The translations under genes and the position numbers were made by a program. Positions 60,233 to 64,000 of a DNA stretch of 64,000 nucleotides are shown here, piece by piece; the stretch's first letter is position 1, and every line of letters starts with the position of its first letter. The notes below the pieces were generated by a model that worked only from the letters and a program-made list of their open reading frames with translations, did no database searches and was not told where the DNA came from. The stretch comes from a virus, in the IMG/VR virus record IMGVR_UViG_3300050505_000309, positions 26,764 through 90,763 of that record; one strand, 5' to 3'.

Positions 60233-60963
60233 TCCCCCGTGCGTTCGCATTCGTACTCTCCCAGTTGGGGGCCTTCGCCCCACTTGTCGAAGAAGATCTT
60301 GAGCGCGCGTTGCCCCATTTCCGCGTACGTCTGCTGCCCATACACCTTCAGGAACGTCCCGCTCTGTATCCGATCGTGGAAGCCGTGCTCCACCGCCGTC
60401 CAGCCCGCCACGCCGAGCTTGTAGCCCGCTTCGACCACGCGCCGGGAGTAATCGAGATCGTCACACCCGTAGCCGTCGAAGCGCTCATCGAGCGGCCCGA
60501 TCTCATTCCACACGTGCCGTGGGATGGCGGCCGCCATGAAGCAGATCGACCGGAAGGTCTGCTTGATCGTCCCGATCGGCGTCTTCATCCGTTGGTCGTC
60601 GTTACCAACCCCGCCCTCGATCCGGGGGCTGAGGAGTCCGTAACCTTCTTCGCGTCCCCATTTGAGAGCGCATTCGATCGCCACCGGGAAGTAGAAGTCG
60701 AGAGGGTGTGCATCGTCGTTGAGGATGAGGAGGTCGTGGGTCGGATCGGCAGCGGCCGCACAGAGATTGATGGCGCGGGCGAAGTTGAAGGGCCGGGGAA
60801 CGTCGACGTAGACGATCGCGGGATGCGGGTCACGTTCCGCCAAGCCGTTATCGCCGACGATAATCCGCCGGCCCGTGCCCTGGAAGCCGCCGTGCCAGAA
60901 GAGCGATTCAAGTGCGCGCGCCAGGTACGCATCAGTGCGGGACGGGATCAGGACGGAGATCAC
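60229..60963 (-). CDS. GT2-family glycosyltransferase
   Basis: ISVLIPS, FNFARAIN, ILNDD, LDERF.GYGCDDLDYS. Confidence 0.92.
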   Translation of the reverse strand: MISVLIPSRTDAYLARALESLFWHGGFQGTGRRIIVGDNGLAERDPHPAIVYVDVPRPFNFARAINLCAAAADPTHDLLILNDDAHPLDFYFPVAIECALKWGREEGYGLLSPRIEGGVGNDDQRMKTPIGTIKQTFRSICFMAAAIPRHVWNEIGPLDERFDGYGCDDLDYSRRVVEAGYKLGVAGWTAVEHGFHDRIQSGTFLKVYGQQTYAEMGQRALKIFFDKWGEGPQLGEYECERTGE

Positions 60964-61748
60964 GCGTCAATGTACTCGGCCAGCCGGACGGGGCCGGGCG
61001 CCAGATGGTTCGCCTCGCCGACGATGTGCCGGTAGTACCCCTCAGCCTCGTTGTTCGGATCCAGGTTCGTGTAGAAGGCGAGCTTGCGCTCCCGGAGCTC
61101 GGCGTCGAGATAGCCGAAGTGGATCACGGGCATGTTGAAGTCGAAGTGGTTGATGTTGAGGTGCTCCGGGATGCTCCCGCAGTGGAAGCCCGCACGGCCA
61201 CGGGCAAAGAAGCGCGCGGAGCGGAAGTCCGGGGCGCGGTCGATCGTGAAGAGCCGGGCGTGGCGGATGTCGTTGTAGACCCCATCGATTCGCCGATAGC
61301 GCTCGGTGTCCCAGAGGTACATGAACGGCATGACGATCACGCTCGCCCCGCCCTGCTCGAGCCGACCACACGCGTTCTCGAACTGCCGGATGGCCTCAAG
61401 GGAGAGCATCTCGTCGCCGTCCAGGCAGAGGACGTGACGGAACTTCAGCCCGCCCACGTACTCCCAGAGATGGTTCTTGTCGCGCACCTCATCGGTCTGG
61501 TCCTGGAAGGGTGACGCCAGCCAGTGCAGCTCCCGGTCGTCCGTCAGCACCGTGACCCCACTGGGGTGCTGGTCGTACTTGATGGACGCGCCCATCGTCG
61601 CGACGGCCTCACTGAATGTCTGGTCGGTCGAGTGGTCATCGAACACGACGGCGGTCTTGCACACCTGCCACGTGCGCTCGAGGCTCCGGCGGATCCACCG
61701 GGCCTCGTTGCGCACCCGCATCATGCACAGCACATCGTCTCGGCCCAT
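60960..61748 (-). CDS. GT2-family glycosyltransferase (Glyco_tranf_2_4-like)
   Basis: MMRVRNEARWI, FDDHSTDQT, CLDGDE DxD motif, IHFGY. Confidence 0.9.
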   Translation of the reverse strand: MGRDDVLCMMRVRNEARWIRRSLERTWQVCKTAVVFDDHSTDQTFSEAVATMGASIKYDQHPSGVTVLTDDRELHWLASPFQDQTDEVRDKNHLWEYVGGLKFRHVLCLDGDEMLSLEAIRQFENACGRLEQGGASVIVMPFMYLWDTERYRRIDGVYNDIRHARLFTIDRAPDFRSARFFARGRAGFHCGSIPEHLNINHFDFNMPVIHFGYLDAELRERKLAFYTNLDPNNEAEGYYRHIVGEANHLAPGPVRLAEYIDA

Positions 61749-61750
61749 CG

Positions 61751-63493
61751 CTACCCCTTCCCAGAACCTTTCGGGCGTCCGCGTTGCTTGGTCGGCGGAA
61801 TCGCGGTGGTCTTCCGCGTCCGCCCGGTCGGGCCGGTGGCGGGCTTCGGCGTCCCGCCCTTCGGCGGAGGCGCGCCCCCCGGAGCCGGCGCGCTAGGATC
61901 CTGGCCGCCCTCGTCCGGCTGGATCGCCTGCTGGACGTAGGTGAGCGGCACGTTCTCGTTGAACACATCGTCGGCGTCGACCGCCAACTCCTGGACGATC
62001 CGCCGGATCTCGACGTCGTCGTCGATCCCGAGGTGCCGGAAGAGGGTCTTGGCCGAGATCATGCCCTTGTCCTTCATCTTCTGGAGTTCCTGGATGAAGG
62101 CGTCGCTCTTGGTGTTGAGCGGGTTCGGGGACCACTGCGCCGGGACCTTCAGCTTCCCGCCGTTGATCTCGACGATGTGGGCGGCCATCATTTGCAAGAA
62201 GGCTTTGATTTGCAGCCGGATGGCCTCGATGAACTGCTCGAATCCGGCCGTGTTGATGTCGTCCAGCTTGATGCGCGCGCCCGCAGCGGTCCGGGAGAAG
62301 AAGATGCCGAAGGCTTGCAGGATCTCGGTCGCGCTGGGGCCGTACTTCGTGTCCGAGACGAGCGACCCGGTCTCCGGCATCTTGATGACGAGATCGACGT
62401 AGTACGGCACGAACAGCTCCATGGCGGGGCCGGTGCGCCCCTCCTGGATCAGCTTGCGCACCATCTCGATGGTGCCGTCCGTGGTGATCACGCCGCCTGC
62501 CGTCCGGGTGGGCGGCTTCGGCGGGTGGTCCTTGTCGCCGATCTTGTACATCATGATGAAGTTGATGATCCCGTCGAGGATCGCCGCATCCGCCGCGAAG
62601 AGCTTCTGGCGGATGGCAAACTGCGGGAGGAGCGACGAGAACGACGGGAACGGGTAGATCCCGTGCCCCATCATCTCGGTGGCCCCCCGGCGCACGCTGA
62701 CTAGGTCGCCCGGCGACCAGTTGTACTTGAGCGCGAACGACTCGGTCTCCCCGGTGACAGCGCGCGGGTTGATGGGCGGGAGCTGGATCATGTTCGCCGG
62801 GTTGCTCACGAGGGCCGTGAACGACGGGGCCTCGCTGAATTGCCCTTCCTGCATCGGGGTGAACTGGTCCGTGACCGCCCGGAAGAGGAACATGTCTTCC
62901 TGGACGAAGAGCCCCTGCTGCCGGCGCAGCGTGATGCTCGAGGCCGGGTAGCAGGTCATCTTCGTGGGCATCAGGTACGTCTGCTTGCCGACCTTCACCT
63001 CCCCGATCTGCCAGTGTGGGACGAACATCGACGACAGCAGCATGTGCTTGACGCCCCAGCGGACGAACTCGTTGAGGCCCGGGATCACGCCCGGGATCCC
63101 GCGGTTGATGATCTCCGACCAGACGTTCCAGACGTCCTCTTCTCGATCCGACCGCGTGTCCGCGCCGCTCCACTTCTTCAGCCGCTTGATCCACGAGGTC
63201 TCGTTGGACTGGGCGGGCACCTCCCACTGCGAGCCGTTGGCCGCGAACTCACAGAAGCGGTTGACGAGCCGGTGGAAGAGCGGATCGGTCCCGTAGGCGG
63301 ACCAGACGCGCTGGACGCGCTGCTGGTAGGTCTGGGGCACGAAGAGCGTGTTGAGTGGTGCCCCTGCCATGTCGACGCGCGAGGTCGCCTGCAACTTCAG
63401 GCGCGTCTCATCGGCCATCGCCGCCAGCGCTCCGGACCGCTGGCCCTGGAAGTCGGCGTACAGGGTTCCCATCGCGTCTTGTTTCCGTGGCAT
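61751..63493 (-). CDS. portal protein
   Basis: 580 aa directly after the terminase; MISAKT...LG; Pro/Lys-rich disordered tail. Confidence 0.8.
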   Translation of the reverse strand: MPRKQDAMGTLYADFQGQRSGALAAMADETRLKLQATSRVDMAGAPLNTLFVPQTYQQRVQRVWSAYGTDPLFHRLVNRFCEFAANGSQWEVPAQSNETSWIKRLKKWSGADTRSDREEDVWNVWSEIINRGIPGVIPGLNEFVRWGVKHMLLSSMFVPHWQIGEVKVGKQTYLMPTKMTCYPASSITLRRQQGLFVQEDMFLFRAVTDQFTPMQEGQFSEAPSFTALVSNPANMIQLPPINPRAVTGETESFALKYNWSPGDLVSVRRGATEMMGHGIYPFPSFSSLLPQFAIRQKLFAADAAILDGIINFIMMYKIGDKDHPPKPPTRTAGGVITTDGTIEMVRKLIQEGRTGPAMELFVPYYVDLVIKMPETGSLVSDTKYGPSATEILQAFGIFFSRTAAGARIKLDDINTAGFEQFIEAIRLQIKAFLQMMAAHIVEINGGKLKVPAQWSPNPLNTKSDAFIQELQKMKDKGMISAKTLFRHLGIDDDVEIRRIVQELAVDADDVFNENVPLTYVQQAIQPDEGGQDPSAPAPGGAPPPKGGTPKPATGPTGRTRKTTAIPPTKQRGRPKGSGKG

Positions 63494-63508
63494 CGCTGAT
63501 CCCCTCTC

Positions 63509-64000
63509 CTATAGTTGGATCTGCGTAGGTGCCCACGGGCCTGGACGGTCTCCCCACACGCAGTCCTCGAACGCGCCGCTATCGAGATCCGGCGGAACTG
63601 GGGGCGTCTCCAAGAACACCATGACCGCAAACACGCGCATCATGTCCGTGATGTGCACCGTCGGGGGCGTGACGACCTTCGTCGTCCCCTCCGCAGTGCG
63701 TTTCTCTTTCTCCTGATTGAACTCTGTCGCGATGTCCTCATCGCGCGGGAGGGCGACGAGCCGATGGCCGAAGAAGGCCCGGAGCACCCGGGTCGCAATC
63801 GATCGGGCATGCTCCCAGACCTCTTCCCCGCTCGGTGTGTAGCCCGACTTGAGCGTCTCGGTGAAGCCCACGCGGACGATCTTCTCGGCCCAGCCGTTCT
63901 CCTCGCACTCGTGCGCGATCGCGCGCCCTTCGCCTTCCGTGGTGTCGATCCCGATCTTGAGCGCGCCGTACCACTCCCCGAGCGCGCGCAGGATGGCCGC
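63509..64000 (-). CDS. terminase large subunit, C-terminal nuclease domain (5'-partial)
   Basis: Frame open to the window end; IGIDTTEGEG and HITDMMR acidic RNase-H-like motifs; precedes portal. Confidence 0.8.
   Translation of the reverse strand, partial: AAILRALGEWYGALKIGIDTTEGEGRAIAHECEENGWAEKIVRVGFTETLKSGYTPSGEEVWEHARSIATRVLRAFFGHRLVALPRDEDIATEFNQEKEKRTAEGTTKVVTPPTVHITDMMRVFAVMVFLETPPVPPDLDSGAFEDCVWGDRPGPWAPTQIQL

Larger units (their letters stand above)
1..64000. mobile_element. Tailed dsDNA phage (siphovirus-like; prophage interior or virion contig), incomplete at both ends
   Basis: Complete canonical late gene order terminase-portal-protease/scaffold-capsid-neck-tail tube-G/GT-tape measure-tip-lysis, plus Cro, replication initiator and tyrosine recombinase; dense coupled ORFs; no host genes seen. 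Confidence 0.97.

Noticed and set aside
1-64000. Diversity-generating retroelement, retron, CRISPR array, tRNA, intron or intein
   Set aside because: No reverse transcriptase motifs, no TR/VR pair, no spaced direct repeats, no cloverleaf and no intein termini noticed by eye; a tRNAscan or Infernal run would be needed to exclude small RNAs
1-64000. Alternative genetic code or stop-codon reassignment
   Set aside because: All long genes read through in the standard code and end at TAG, TGA or TAA with normal coupling

Overview
The whole 64 kb window is the interior of one large, high-GC (by eye about two-thirds G+C or more) tailed dsDNA bacteriophage with a long non-contractile tail. I recognised no host housekeeping genes, rRNA, tRNA or CRISPR array, and both ends fall inside genes. 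Layout: (1) + strand 1-9100: HExxH protein (partial), tyrosine recombinase, RuvB-like ATPase, phage Dam-type methyltransferase and an accessory cassette of two parallel beta-helix proteins flanked by tiny membrane proteins. (2) - strand about 26900 to 9014, early/replication-recombination arm: Cro-like HTH, SSB-like protein, RusA-like protein, SbcD/SbcC, HerA-like ATPase, HNH proteins, replication initiator plus helicase-loader-like partner, PAPS-reductase-like enzyme, CmcI-type methyltransferase. (3) - strand 64000 to 26960, late arm: terminase (partial), portal, a glycosyltransferase/methyltransferase cassette, protease-scaffold, decoration, major capsid, GT4-GT9 fusion, neck, tail tube, G/GT chaperones with a U-UUU-UUA -1 frameshift, a 2783-aa tape measure, tail tip and Asp-box propeller, and a nine-gene lysis region. 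Best candidates for undescribed biology: (a) a replication-control module made of a DnaA-box array, a sigma70 promoter and a membrane-targeted RAPP-motif arrest-peptide-like ORF whose stop overlaps the start of the replication initiator; (b) a six-domain glycosyltransferase system inside the head genes (virion glycosylation in an apparently diderm-host phage); (c) a Tat-signal beta-helix protein and a signal-less paralogue sharing a C-terminal helix; (d) an intrinsic terminator 17 nt in front of the head genes, downstream of a HemP-like ORF. All family assignments come from motif recognition and gene order; no database search or computation was run. Several starts were re-called from RBS or stop/start overlaps and differ from the supplied ORF track.
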